A DNA stretch of 64,000 bases from Micropruina sp. (lineage in GTDB: Bacteria > Actinomycetota > Actinomycetes > Propionibacteriales > Propionibacteriaceae): assembly GCA_044225075.1 (NCBI GenBank), contig JBGAJF010000020.1, forward strand, positions 951 to 64,950, read 5' to 3'. The notes under the pieces are model-generated. The model was not told the DNA's origin. It saw nothing but the letters and a program-made list of their open reading frames with translations, and ran no database searches. Position numbers and translations under genes: made by a program. Positions 1 to 10,563 of this stretch are shown piece by piece. The stretch's first letter is position 1; each line of letters begins with the position of its first letter.

Positions 1-49
1 GGGCGATGCGCGGCCGCTAGTCCAAGCGCTGCTCACCCCGGCCCCCGCT

Positions 50-110
50 GGTTGAGCTTGTCGAGACCCCTGGCCAGCGAGCGCACGCCGAGGTCTCGAC
101 AAGTTCGAGC
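50..110. repeat. REP-like palindromic element, copy 1
   Basis: Arms GGTTGAGCTTGTCGAGACC (50-68) and GGTCTCGACAAGTTCGAGC (92-110); the same motif recurs at 56085-56138 and 58835-58883. Confidence 0.8.
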
Positions 111-143
111 AACGAAATCGGCGCTGCCCTGGTTTTCCTTGAT

Positions 144-1138
<995 letters not shown>

Positions 1139-1169
1139 GTGTCAAGCTCCCTTGTTTGCACGACATTAT

Positions 1170-1793
1170 TCACGCCTCGACCGGCGCTTCCTCGACCCAC
1201 ACCGCGGACACCACCTCGGACGGAAGCGCCGCGGCGTCTACCACGGCGTCCGGGACGACGCCGAGCGCGCGACAGCGCGCCAGCACGTCCGGGTCGGCGT
1301 CCGAGACCCGGACGACCCGGCGGGGTCCGACGATACGCGTCAGGCGAACCGCCGGACGGTGCCGCAGCGTGCCGTCGGCGGCCGGGATCGGATCGCCGTG
1401 CGGATCGGACGCCGGATGCCCCAGCAGCGCGTCGATCCGGTCGATCAACATGTCGGACGCCGCGTGCTCCAGGGCCTCGGCCTCGTCGTGCACCTCGTCC
1501 CAGCGGTAGTCGAGGACGCCGACCAGGAAGGCTTCGATCAGCCGGTGCCGGCGGACCATCGCCACCGCCAGCCGTTCTCCACGCGCGGTGAGCCGCACCG
1601 GCCGGTACGACTCATAGGTCACCAGACCCTGGGCGGCGAGGCGCTTGACGGTCTCTGACACGTTCGCCTGGGTGGTGCCGAGCCGCACCGCGAGGCCCTT
1701 GGTGGTGATCGGCGGATCGCCCCACTCGGTGGCCGACCAGATCACCTTCAGGTAGTCCTGGGCGACCGGGGTCAGCTCGTCGAGGCTGGTCAT
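1170..1793 (-). CDS. mntR: DtxR/MntR family metal-dependent transcriptional regulator
   Basis: QDYLKVIW, RRHRLIEAFL, VHDEAEALEHA and DPHGDPIP motifs; ATG overlaps the mntH stop (TAATG). Confidence 0.9.
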   Translation of the reverse strand: MTSLDELTPVAQDYLKVIWSATEWGDPPITTKGLAVRLGTTQANVSETVKRLAAQGLVTYESYRPVRLTARGERLAVAMVRRHRLIEAFLVGVLDYRWDEVHDEAEALEHAASDMLIDRIDALLGHPASDPHGDPIPAADGTLRHRPAVRLTRIVGPRRVVRVSDADPDVLARCRALGVVPDAVVDAAALPSEVVSAVWVEEAPVEA

Positions 1794-3043
1794 TACCCCA
1801 GGGTAAGCCCCATCGCGGTGAGGGTCAGCAGCGCAATATTGAGTGCCACGATCAGCGCGACCACCGTCCAGGCGATCGCCCGCAGCCGGCGTCCGTTTGC
1901 GAACCGGCCCATCACGGCCGGGTTGCTGGTCAGCAGCACCAACGGGATCGCCGCGAAGGGGATGCCGATCGACAGCAGCACCTGGCTGAGCACCAGCGAC
2001 CAGGTCGGGTCCAGGCCGAGGGCCAGCACGGCCAACGCCGGCACCAGGGTGATCGCCCGGCGGACCAGCAGTGGGATGCGCACCCGCAGCAGCCCCGACA
2101 TGATGGACGCGCCCGCGTAGCACCCCACCGAGGTCGAGGCCAGACCCGAGGCGAGCAGCCCGATGCCGAACACGACGCCGATCGCCGGCCCCAGCGCGAC
2201 GGTGATCGCGGCGTGGGCCCCTTCGATGCTGTCGGTGCCTTCGACGCCGTTCAGGCTGGCTGCGGCCAGCAGCAGCATGGCGATGTTGACGGTGCCGGCC
2301 ACCAGCAACGAGAGGCCGACGTCCCAGCGAGTGGCCCGGAGCAGCCGGCGTACGCCAGGTTCTCCGTGCAGTCCGTGCCGGTCGCGGGCCAGGGACGAGT
2401 GCAGGTAGATGGCGTGCGGCATCACGGTGGCGCCGAGCATGCCGGCCGCCAGCAGCACCGTCTGGGTGCCTTCGAAACGGGGCACCACGCCGGCGAGCGC
2501 GGCGCCCCAGTCGACGTCGCTGACCAGCAGGCCGGCACCGAAGCCCACCGTGATCACCGCGAGCAGGCCGATCACCACGAACTCGAACCGACGCTGCCCG
2601 CCCCGCGACTGCACCGCGAGCAAACCCATCGACACCACCCCGATGATCAGCCCGCCCAGCGGCAGGGGGACCCCGAACAGGATGTACAGGGCCAGCGCGC
2701 CGCCGATCACCTCGGCCAGGTCGGTGGCGGCCGCGACCACCTCGGCCTGCGCCCAGAACAGCAGCCGTTGCCCGCGTGGCAGCCGGTCCCCGAGCAACTC
2801 GGGCAGGCTGCGGCCGGTGACGAGGCCGAGCTTGGCGGACAGGTACTGGATCAACACCGCCATCGCGTTTGCCGCGATCAGCACCCAGAGCAGCAGGTAG
2901 CCGTACTGGGCCCCGGCGGTCAGATTGGCTGCCACGTTGCCCGGGTCGACGTAGGCGATCGCCGCCACGAACGCCGGTCCCAGCAGCCAGGGCAGCCGAC
3001 GCCGAGCCGGCTTCGGCGTCGACGTCCTGGTGGCAGCGGTCAC
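1793..3043 (-). CDS. mntH: Nramp family divalent metal (Mn2+) transporter
   Basis: AYVDPGN and GATVMPHAIYLHS Nramp signatures; many TM segments; GTG start 7 nt after a TAGCTT -10-like hexamer. Confidence 0.93.
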   Translation of the reverse strand: MTAATRTSTPKPARRRLPWLLGPAFVAAIAYVDPGNVAANLTAGAQYGYLLLWVLIAANAMAVLIQYLSAKLGLVTGRSLPELLGDRLPRGQRLLFWAQAEVVAAATDLAEVIGGALALYILFGVPLPLGGLIIGVVSMGLLAVQSRGGQRRFEFVVIGLLAVITVGFGAGLLVSDVDWGAALAGVVPRFEGTQTVLLAAGMLGATVMPHAIYLHSSLARDRHGLHGEPGVRRLLRATRWDVGLSLLVAGTVNIAMLLLAAASLNGVEGTDSIEGAHAAITVALGPAIGVVFGIGLLASGLASTSVGCYAGASIMSGLLRVRIPLLVRRAITLVPALAVLALGLDPTWSLVLSQVLLSIGIPFAAIPLVLLTSNPAVMGRFANGRRLRAIAWTVVALIVALNIALLTLTAMGLTLG

Positions 3044-3067
3044 GAAAGTTAAGCTACCTGAACTTTC
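3044..3067. promoter_or_regulatory. Putative MntR operator overlapping the mntH promoter and start
   Basis: Inverted repeat GAAAGTT-N10-AACTTTC abutting the mntH start codon; a DtxR-family gene is cotranscribed. Confidence 0.7.
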
Positions 3068-3210
3068 GTCCTGCGGTGTAGCTCTCGACCAGCTCATCCG
3101 GCGAGACCGGCGGTACGCAGGGACAGTTCTTTCGGTGCACTCGTGACGTGTTTGGTACGCAACAACCGCCCATACCACTCGACCCTGGAACGGGGTGCCA
3201 AGATCGGGGT

Positions 3211-5007
3211 GTGCCGACTCCGATCGAAGACCTCGCATTGCTGAGCAACTGCCGCACCGCGGCGCTGGTCTCCCGCGAGGGGGACGTCGAATGGCTGTGC
3301 CTGCCCCGGCTGGATTCGGCGTCGGTGTTCGCGGCTCTGCTGGGCGACGCCGACGACGGCGTCTGGCGGCTGCGGCCGTCCGCGACCGGCGCGAGCGCCG
3401 AGCGTCGCTACGACGGTGACACCTTCATTCTGGTGACCCGGTGGGAGACCCCGACCGGGGTGGCCGAGGTGCATGACTTCATGCCCGTCGGCAGTGACCC
3501 GCAGGCCGCGATCGACCGAACCGACCTGGTCCGGCGGGTCGTCGGCCTCTCCGGCACGGTCGCCTTCGATATCGACCTGCGGCTCCGGTTCGACTACGCC
3601 CGCGCCTTGCCGTGGGTGCGCCAAACCGGCAGCACGTCCGCCCCCGAGCTGATCGCGATGGCCGGCCCGGACGCCGTGGTGCTGCGTGGCGTCCGGCTGC
3701 ACCCCGACGGAGCTCGCCACCGCCGCAGCGTTGAGGTCACGGCTGGGCAGCGCATCGATCTGACCCTGACCTGGTTTCCGTCGTTCCGGCCGGTGCCCGA
3801 GACCCTCGACGTGGACCGGGCACTGGCTCAGAGCCGGGACTGGTGGCAGTCCTGGGCGGAGCGGATCGAGCATGGCGGCGTCCATGACGACAAGGTGGTG
3901 CGGTCGCTGCTGGTGCTGCGGGCGCTGACCAACCACGACACCGGAGGCATTGCGGCGGCGGCCACCACGTCCCTGCCCGAGGACATCGGCGGGGTACGGA
4001 ACTGGGACTACCGGTTCGTCTGGCTGCGCGACGCCGCGCTCACCCTGGAGGCCCTGCTGGCGCACGGCTTCCTTAAGCTGGCCGAGCATTGGCGCACCTG
4101 GCTGCTGCGAGCGGTGGCCGGCGACCCGGCAGACCTGCAGATCATGTACGGACTCGCCGGGGAGCGGAATCTGCCCGAGCAGGAGCTGCCGCAGCTGACG
4201 GGCTACGCGGGTTCGCGTCCAATCCGGATCGGCAACGGCGCGTCGCTGCAGTACCAGGCAGACGTGGTCGGCGAGGTGATCGTGACACTCTCCGCGGCGC
4301 GGGACGCCGGGCTGACCGAGTCGGCGTTCTCCTGGCCGCTGGAGAAGCATCTGGTGCGCTACGCGTCCGACCAGTTCGAGCGTCCGGACAACGGCATCTG
4401 GGAGATCCGCGGCGAGCCACAGCACTTCACCCATTCGCGGGTGATGATGTGGGCCACCTTCGACCGAGCCGTCCGGGCCGTGGAGCAGCACGGTCTCGAC
4501 GGCCCGGTCGAGCACTGGCGCGAGCTTCGTCAGCGCGCTCGGGAGGAGATCGACAACAGCGGCGTCGCAAACGGCCACTTCGTCCAGTACTACGGCACCG
4601 AGGAGGTGGACGCTGCGCTGCTGCTGTTGCCGCAGGTCGGCTATTGCGCGCCGGACGACCCGCGGATGCTGGCCACCGTGGCGCGGATTGAGGACACCCT
4701 GATCTCCGACGGTCTGGTGCGTCGCTACCGCACCGGCACCGGGGTGGACGGGCTGCCCGGCGGCGACCATCCGTTCCTGGCCTGTTCGTTCTGGCTGGTC
4801 GAGCAGTACGCCACGTCGGGGCGCGCCGACGATGCCGCGGCCCTGATGCAGCGGCTGTGTTCGTTCACCAACGACCTCGGCCTGCTGTCCGAGGAGTACG
4901 ACCCGGTCGGACGCCGTCAGGTCGGCAACTTCCCCCAGGCCTTCTCGCACCTGGCACTGGTGCGCGCCGCCGATGCGCTGGCCGGGATCGGACGCCAGCC
5001 GCGCTGA
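3211..5007 (+). CDS. Glycoside hydrolase family 15 (trehalase/glucoamylase-like)
   Basis: AAATTSLPE, RNWDYRFVWLRD, GIWEIRG, LLSEEYD and GNFPQAFSH motifs. Confidence 0.9.
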   Translation: MPTPIEDLALLSNCRTAALVSREGDVEWLCLPRLDSASVFAALLGDADDGVWRLRPSATGASAERRYDGDTFILVTRWETPTGVAEVHDFMPVGSDPQAAIDRTDLVRRVVGLSGTVAFDIDLRLRFDYARALPWVRQTGSTSAPELIAMAGPDAVVLRGVRLHPDGARHRRSVEVTAGQRIDLTLTWFPSFRPVPETLDVDRALAQSRDWWQSWAERIEHGGVHDDKVVRSLLVLRALTNHDTGGIAAAATTSLPEDIGGVRNWDYRFVWLRDAALTLEALLAHGFLKLAEHWRTWLLRAVAGDPADLQIMYGLAGERNLPEQELPQLTGYAGSRPIRIGNGASLQYQADVVGEVIVTLSAARDAGLTESAFSWPLEKHLVRYASDQFERPDNGIWEIRGEPQHFTHSRVMMWATFDRAVRAVEQHGLDGPVEHWRELRQRAREEIDNSGVANGHFVQYYGTEEVDAALLLLPQVGYCAPDDPRMLATVARIEDTLISDGLVRRYRTGTGVDGLPGGDHPFLACSFWLVEQYATSGRADDAAALMQRLCSFTNDLGLLSEEYDPVGRRQVGNFPQAFSHLALVRAADALAGIGRQPR

Positions 5008-5016
5008 ACCCGGGGC

Positions 5017-5580
5017 TCAGAGGTCCGGTGGGTTCGAGTGGGTGTGCATCCGCATGCCGGTCTCGTTGAAGATGCTGATCACCTGGGCCGGACGGCCACC
5101 CGCGGCGCTCATCGCATGCGGGGTGCGGGTGTCGAACTCGGCGGCCTCTCCCCTGGTCAGCACCAGGTCCTGATTGCCGAGCCGGAGCCGCAGCCGTCCG
5201 GACAGCACGTAGAGCCACTCGTAGCCCTCGTGCACCTTCAACTCATCGCACTCCTTGGTCGCGGGGTAGGTGATCTTGTAGGTGTGGATCGGCGACCCCT
5301 CGCGGGCGAGCGGCGCGATCAGCATGCCGTCGCGGCGGATCACCGGACGCCGCACCCGTGGGTCGGGCGCCTCGTCGGTCAGCAGGTCGTCCACCCGGAT
5401 GCCGAGTTGCCTGGTCAGCGGCACCAGCAGCTCCAGGGTTGCCTGCCGCTTGCCGGATTCCAGCCGGGACAGCGTGCTGGCCGACACCGACGCCCGTGCC
5501 GCCAGTTCGTCCAGCGTCCAGCCGCGTGCCTTCCGTGCCGCCCGCAGCCGGACGCCAACCTGCCCGAGGGCATCTGCCAT
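5017..5580 (-). CDS. XRE family HTH regulator with C-terminal cupin domain
   Basis: LRAARKARGWTLDELAARASVSASTLSRLESGKR HTH; HEGYEWLYVLSG...AAEFDTRTPH cupin; AAGGAG RBS. Confidence 0.9.
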   Translation of the reverse strand: MADALGQVGVRLRAARKARGWTLDELAARASVSASTLSRLESGKRQATLELLVPLTRQLGIRVDDLLTDEAPDPRVRRPVIRRDGMLIAPLAREGSPIHTYKITYPATKECDELKVHEGYEWLYVLSGRLRLRLGNQDLVLTRGEAAEFDTRTPHAMSAAGGRPAQVISIFNETGMRMHTHSNPPDL

Positions 5581-5591
5581 CGTCCAACTCC

Positions 5592-5616
5592 TTGCATGTT
5601 CAGCAAACTCATTTGC
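5592..5616. promoter_or_regulatory. Possible operator of the XRE-cupin regulator
   Basis: Overlapping dyads TTGC-N7-GCAA (5592-5606) and GCAAA-N4-TTTGC (5603-5616) in the 67-bp divergent gap. Confidence 0.4.
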
Positions 5617-5647
5617 AACTATGCCACCGTCGGACAACGATGGCGGC

Positions 5648-7207
5648 ATGACGGATTCCGAGTGGGACGTGGTGGTGATCGGGGGAGGTCCAGCCGGGCT
5701 GGCCGCCGCTTTGATGCTGGGCCGGTCGCGGCGCCGGGTGCTGGTGATCGACGCCGGCAGCCCGCGCAACCGGTTCGCGACGCACATGCATGGGGTTCTC
5801 GGGAACGAGGGTGTCGATCCGGCAGAGCTGCTCGCGCGTGGCCGCGCCGAGGTGTCCGGGTACGGCGTCCAGGTGATCGAGGGCTCGGTGGCGCGGGTGG
5901 ATCTCGCCGAGCACGGCGTTCGGGTTCAGACCTCCGATGGCGCGACCAATGCGGCGCGGGCGGTGCTGGTGGCGACCGGGCTCACCGACGAACTGCCGTT
6001 GATTCCGGGGCTGGCGCAGCGTTGGGGCAGCACGGTACTGCACTGCCCGTACTGCCATGGCTGGGAGGTCCGGGATCGTCGCCTCGGCGTGCTGCTCACC
6101 TCGCCGCTGGCGATTCATCAGGCCGAACTGCTGCGACAGTTTAGCGATCAGGTGACGGTGTTCACCGCCGGCATCGAGGTGCCGGACGCGACCCGGCACC
6201 GGTTGCGCGCTCGCGGCGTCCGGCTGGTCGATGCGGCGGTGACCGAGATCGCCGGCGACGGCGAGGTCATCGAGTCCGTGCACACCGCGGACGGCGGCAG
6301 CCACCCCATCGACGCGCTGTTCACCGCCGGACGGCCGCGCACCCACGAGGACTTCCTGGCCCACCTCGAACTGGCCCGCACCGAGACCCCGTTCGGCAGC
6401 TTCCTGGCCGTTGACCAGGCCGGGAAGACCAGCAACGACCGGATCTGGGCGGCCGGCAACGTCGCCAGCCCAATGACGAACGTGCCGATGTCGATCGGCG
6501 CCGGCACGATGGCCGGTGCGGCCCTGAACGGTGCGCTGGCCGGCTGGGACTTCGACGCCGCCGCCCATGCCGACTGGCCCGAGGTCGCCCCGGTCGACTT
6601 CTGGGAGGAGCGCTACGCCGGTTCTGGCGCGGTCTGGTCGGGACGGGTCAATCACAGCTTGGCCGCAGTAGCCACCGCCCTGGACGCCGGCACCGCGCTG
6701 GAGTTCGGCTGCGGCGAGGGCGCGGACGCCATCTGGCTGGCCCAGCAGGGCTGGCGGGTCACCGGCGTCGACATCTCACCGACCGCCATCGCCCGGGCAA
6801 CCGAGGCCGCCGCCGAAGCCGGGTTGGCTCCGGACAGCGTCCGATTCGTCGCGGCCGATCTCGCCGACTGGTCGGCGGAAGGGGCATACGACCTGGTCAC
6901 GGCCAGTTTCTTGCATTCTCCGGTGGCCTTCGACCGGACGGCGGCGCTGCGCAAGGCCGCCGGGCTCGTCCGGCCCGGTGGACATCTGCTGGTGGTGTCG
7001 CACGCGGCAGCTCCTCCGTGGTCCGAACGGCTGTCCGACCATCACCACGACTTCCTCTCCCCCGCCGAGGAGGTCGAAGCACTGGCCCTGGACCCCGATG
7101 CGTGGACGACAGAACTGGCCGACGTCCGCACCCGTCCCGCCACCACCCCCGACGGCCAGCCGGCCACCCTCGACGACAGCGTGATCCTGCTCCGCCGCAC
7201 CAGCTGA
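5648..7207 (+). CDS. Fusion of a TrxB-like FAD/NAD(P) oxidoreductase and a class I SAM methyltransferase
   Basis: VVVIGGGPAG, HCPYCHGWE (CxxC) and IWAAGN in the N-terminal part; ALEFGCGEGADAIWLA...GVDIS SAM motif in the C-terminal part. Confidence 0.88.
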   Translation: MTDSEWDVVVIGGGPAGLAAALMLGRSRRRVLVIDAGSPRNRFATHMHGVLGNEGVDPAELLARGRAEVSGYGVQVIEGSVARVDLAEHGVRVQTSDGATNAARAVLVATGLTDELPLIPGLAQRWGSTVLHCPYCHGWEVRDRRLGVLLTSPLAIHQAELLRQFSDQVTVFTAGIEVPDATRHRLRARGVRLVDAAVTEIAGDGEVIESVHTADGGSHPIDALFTAGRPRTHEDFLAHLELARTETPFGSFLAVDQAGKTSNDRIWAAGNVASPMTNVPMSIGAGTMAGAALNGALAGWDFDAAAHADWPEVAPVDFWEERYAGSGAVWSGRVNHSLAAVATALDAGTALEFGCGEGADAIWLAQQGWRVTGVDISPTAIARATEAAAEAGLAPDSVRFVAADLADWSAEGAYDLVTASFLHSPVAFDRTAALRKAAGLVRPGGHLLVVSHAAAPPWSERLSDHHHDFLSPAEEVEALALDPDAWTTELADVRTRPATTPDGQPATLDDSVILLRRTS

Positions 7208-7227
7208 CTCCCTGTGCTTGTCGCCCC

Positions 7228-7330
7228 CTTCGGCGGCACTTTTTCCCCTCGCAGGCTGAGCTGCTGAGCTTCGCAATGACCGCGCTGGCCGACACGGTGA
7301 CCGCGCGCGTCCGGGCCGGCACCGCGTTCG
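7228..7330 (+). pseudogene. Fragment of a TetR-family regulator
   Basis: Translates LRRHFFPSQAELLSFAMTALADTVTARV, like the end of a TetR HTH (LxxYFPxKxELL); no start and no C-terminal domain. Confidence 0.5.
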
Positions 7331-7359
7331 AGCGCCGCCGGGCCCGACCCGAGCAGCAT

Positions 7360-9141
7360 TCACTCCACTAGCTCGGACAACTCCAGCCAGCGTTCCTCGA
7401 GGTCTGCGACCTGAGTCTGCCGCGCGTCGATCTCGGCCATCTTCGCGGCCAGCCCGGCGTAGTCGGTGTGGTCGTGCTCGGCCAACGCGGTCTGGGCGGC
7501 GTGGATCTCATCGGTCAGCTTGGCGATCCGGCGTTCGACCGAGGCTAGTTCCTTCTGCAGCGCCCGAAGCTCGGCACCGGACAGTTCGGCACCATTGGTC
7601 GACGTCGAAACCTCTTCGCCGGAAGATCCGGATGCCGCCTGTCCGGCCCGCAGCCGAAGGTATTCGTCCACCCCGCCGGGCAGATGCCGCAGATGCCCGT
7701 CGACGATCGCGTACTGCTGGTCGGTCACCCGCTCCACCAGGTAGCGGTCGTGCGAGACCACCAGCAGGGTTCCGGGCCAGGAATCGAGCAGATCCTCCAT
7801 CGCGGCCAACATGTCGGTGTCCACATCGTTGGACGGCTCATCGAGGATCAAGACGTTCGGTTCCGAGAGCAGCACCAGCAGCAGTTGCAGCCGTCGCTTC
7901 TGGCCGCCGGACAGCTCCCCGACGCGGGCCGACAGGTGTTCGCGGGCGAATCCGAGCCGCTCCAACAGTTGGGCCGGGGTGAGTTCGCGGCCGTCGATCA
8001 GATAACTGGTCCGGGTTCGGGCCAGCACCTCGCGGACCCGGTCGCCGGCAATCTCGGCCAGCGCGTCGAACTGCTGATCGAGTACCGCCAGCTTCACCGT
8101 CTTGCCGCGCTTCACCCGTCCGGACGTCGGCCGCACCGTGCCCGCGACCAGCCCGAGCAGGGTCGATTTACCGGCGCCGTTGGCGCCCAGGATCGCGGTT
8201 CGCTCGCCGGGCGCGATCCGCCATTCGATGCCGCGCAACACCTCGTTGTCGCCGAACCGGACGCCGGCGTCGATCAGGTCGACGACGTCCTTTCCGAGCC
8301 GGGCGGTGGCCAGCCGGCTCAGCTCCAGCCGGTCCCGCGGCGGGGGAACGTCTTCGATCAGCTGGTTGGCTGCGTCGATCCGGAACTTCGGCTTGGACGT
8401 CCGGGCCGGCGCGCCGCGGCGCAGCCAGGCCAGCTCTTTGCGCATCAGGTTCTGTCGTTTGGCCTCGACGGCGGCCGCCTGCCGGTCACGCTCCACCCGC
8501 TGCAGCACGTAGGCGGCGTAACCGCCTTCGAACGGTTCGACGATCCGGTCGTGCACCTCCCAGGTGGCGGTGGCGACCTCGTCCAGGAACCAGCGGTCGT
8601 GGGTGACCACCAGTAGGCCGCCGGCGTTACGCACCCAGCGTCCGTTGAGGTGGGCGGCCAGCCAGGTGATGCCCTCGACGTCCAGATGGTTGGTGGGCTC
8701 GTCGAGCGCCACCACGTCCCAGTCACCGACCAGCAGCGCGGCCAGCGCGACCCGGCGGCGCTGGCCACCGCTGAGGGTGTCCACGACGGCTTCGAAGTCG
8801 AGATCGCCGACCAGCCCGGCGAGCACGTCCCTGATCTTGGGGTCGGACGCCCAGACATGGTCGGGCAGGTCACCGACGATCGCGTGCCGGACAGTGACGC
8901 CGGAGGGCAGCGAGTCCTCCTGGGTGAGCATGCCGATCCGGACGTCGCCGCGCCGGCGCACCCAGCCGCCGTCCGGTTCGAGGCGTCCGGCGAGCAGCCG
9001 CAGCAGCGAGGACTTGCCGTCGCCATTGCGGCCGACGACACCGATCCGGTCGCCATCGTTCACCCCGAGCGTCACCGAGTCGAAAACGACCCGGGTCGGA
9101 TACTCCAGGTGCAGCGCCTCGGCTCCGAGCAGAAAACCCAC
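7360..9141 (-). CDS. ABC-F family ATP-binding protein (Uup-like)
   Basis: Two ABC domains (GRNGDGKS/LSGGQRRR/LDEPTNHLD and GANGAGKS/LSGGQKRR/LDEPSND), no TM segments, C-terminal coiled coil. Confidence 0.92.
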   Translation of the reverse strand: MGFLLGAEALHLEYPTRVVFDSVTLGVNDGDRIGVVGRNGDGKSSLLRLLAGRLEPDGGWVRRRGDVRIGMLTQEDSLPSGVTVRHAIVGDLPDHVWASDPKIRDVLAGLVGDLDFEAVVDTLSGGQRRRVALAALLVGDWDVVALDEPTNHLDVEGITWLAAHLNGRWVRNAGGLLVVTHDRWFLDEVATATWEVHDRIVEPFEGGYAAYVLQRVERDRQAAAVEAKRQNLMRKELAWLRRGAPARTSKPKFRIDAANQLIEDVPPPRDRLELSRLATARLGKDVVDLIDAGVRFGDNEVLRGIEWRIAPGERTAILGANGAGKSTLLGLVAGTVRPTSGRVKRGKTVKLAVLDQQFDALAEIAGDRVREVLARTRTSYLIDGRELTPAQLLERLGFAREHLSARVGELSGGQKRRLQLLLVLLSEPNVLILDEPSNDVDTDMLAAMEDLLDSWPGTLLVVSHDRYLVERVTDQQYAIVDGHLRHLPGGVDEYLRLRAGQAASGSSGEEVSTSTNGAELSGAELRALQKELASVERRIAKLTDEIHAAQTALAEHDHTDYAGLAAKMAEIDARQTQVADLEERWLELSELVE

Positions 9142-9206
9142 CGGTCAAGGGTAGGGGGACGCCCGCTATGCTGCGCGCGGCGTCCGGCTCAGCTGCGGAT
9201 CGACGC

Positions 9207-10433
9207 TCAGGACGCCCCGGTGGCCACCGCCGGCTTCGCCCGCAACGCCTTGAGCACGGCCGGATCCTGCAACTCCATCCACGCGATGACGTCCTGGTAG
9301 GTGGTGCAGTAGGTGTCGGGCTTGCCGCAGGTGGCCTTCATGAACTCCGCCACTGGCGGATTGAACGAGTTGCCGTTCCAGCTGTTGAAGTGGTTCGCGA
9401 TGAGCACCGGCGCCCGGTTGCCGCGGTAGGCCTGCTGGTACATGTAGTCGTAGGTCTGCCGCACCTTCTGCCGCAGCTCGGGGGCGCGTCCGGGCTCATT
9501 CTTGCCGCCGTTGAACGTCACCCACATGTTGTAGTCCATCGCCATGATGCTGCGCTTGAAGCCCGGCGAGTAAACCCAGGGCATCTGGAACTCCCAAATG
9601 CCGCGGAGCTTGACCGGCCAGCTGATGCCACTGGTCAGCGGCAGCGAGGAGTCGTAGGTGAACCCGAACGCCTTCCAGGCCGGCACCAGGGCGGCGAGCT
9701 TGCCCTCCAGGCACGGGGTGCGGCCTCCCTTGATGTCCTGCGGCGTGACATTGAGGGTGGGCACCTCGTCGTCGCTCCAGCCGTTCAGCTTCTTGTAGTT
9801 GGTCAGGAAGTCCATGAACTGGCTGAGCTCCGACTTCCAGTCGGCCGTCGTCCAACTGTTTCCGGCGTAACCCGCGCCCGAGCAGAAATGCCCGTTGTAG
9901 TGCGTGCCGATCTCGTCGCCCGCGGCAAAGCCCTGATTCAGGTCATTGATCAGGGTGATGACGTCCTGCTTCGTGCCGCCGAACCCGATCGAGGCGGCCC
10001 CCGGCGCGTGTCCGGGTCCGTGGTACTTCTTCCGATTCTTCTCGGTGAGCAGATAGATGCCGGAGAGGAAAGCCACAAAACGGGAATCGGTCGGCTTCGC
10101 CGCCGCCCGGAACAGCTGCCAGCGGTCATGGCTGCCAGCGCCGTCGAAGGAGAAGATGACGAACTGCGGCGGCTTTTCGCCGGGCTGAAGTTTGGTCATC
10201 GGAATATTGCTGGCCGCACGTCCGGACGTTGTCGGCGGAGCGCTCGTCGACGGGCCGGAGCCGGTCGGGCTGTCACTGGGAGACGCACTGGGCGCGGCCG
10301 GTTTGCTCGTCCTACCGGCGCCGGTCGGACTTTCCGTCGTACCCGGCGTGCCTGGCGCGGCTGCGCAGCCCGTCACCAGCACCACTGCCAGACCGGTCGC
10401 CCACATCTTGCCCGTCAACCGGCCTCGTTGCAT
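9207..10433 (-). CDS. Secreted lipoprotein, polysaccharide deacetylase-like (NodB-type fold)
   Basis: Lipobox VLVTGC, Ser/Pro/Thr linker, FVIFSFDG, EIGTHYNGH, GGRTPCLEG and YDSS motifs. Confidence 0.7.
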   Translation of the reverse strand: MQRGRLTGKMWATGLAVVLVTGCAAAPGTPGTTESPTGAGRTSKPAAPSASPSDSPTGSGPSTSAPPTTSGRAASNIPMTKLQPGEKPPQFVIFSFDGAGSHDRWQLFRAAAKPTDSRFVAFLSGIYLLTEKNRKKYHGPGHAPGAASIGFGGTKQDVITLINDLNQGFAAGDEIGTHYNGHFCSGAGYAGNSWTTADWKSELSQFMDFLTNYKKLNGWSDDEVPTLNVTPQDIKGGRTPCLEGKLAALVPAWKAFGFTYDSSLPLTSGISWPVKLRGIWEFQMPWVYSPGFKRSIMAMDYNMWVTFNGGKNEPGRAPELRQKVRQTYDYMYQQAYRGNRAPVLIANHFNSWNGNSFNPPVAEFMKATCGKPDTYCTTYQDVIAWMELQDPAVLKALRAKPAVATGAS

Positions 10434-10563
10434 CTGTCGTCCTTCCCTCGAATCCCGCTGCCGTGAGTTTAGACACCAACTAACGCTAGGTCTGGCAAAT
10501 TGGCTGGCGCGGCGTAGCATCGGCCGTCCAACTCTGCCGGTCGGGTCTGCGACAATCGGCTGG

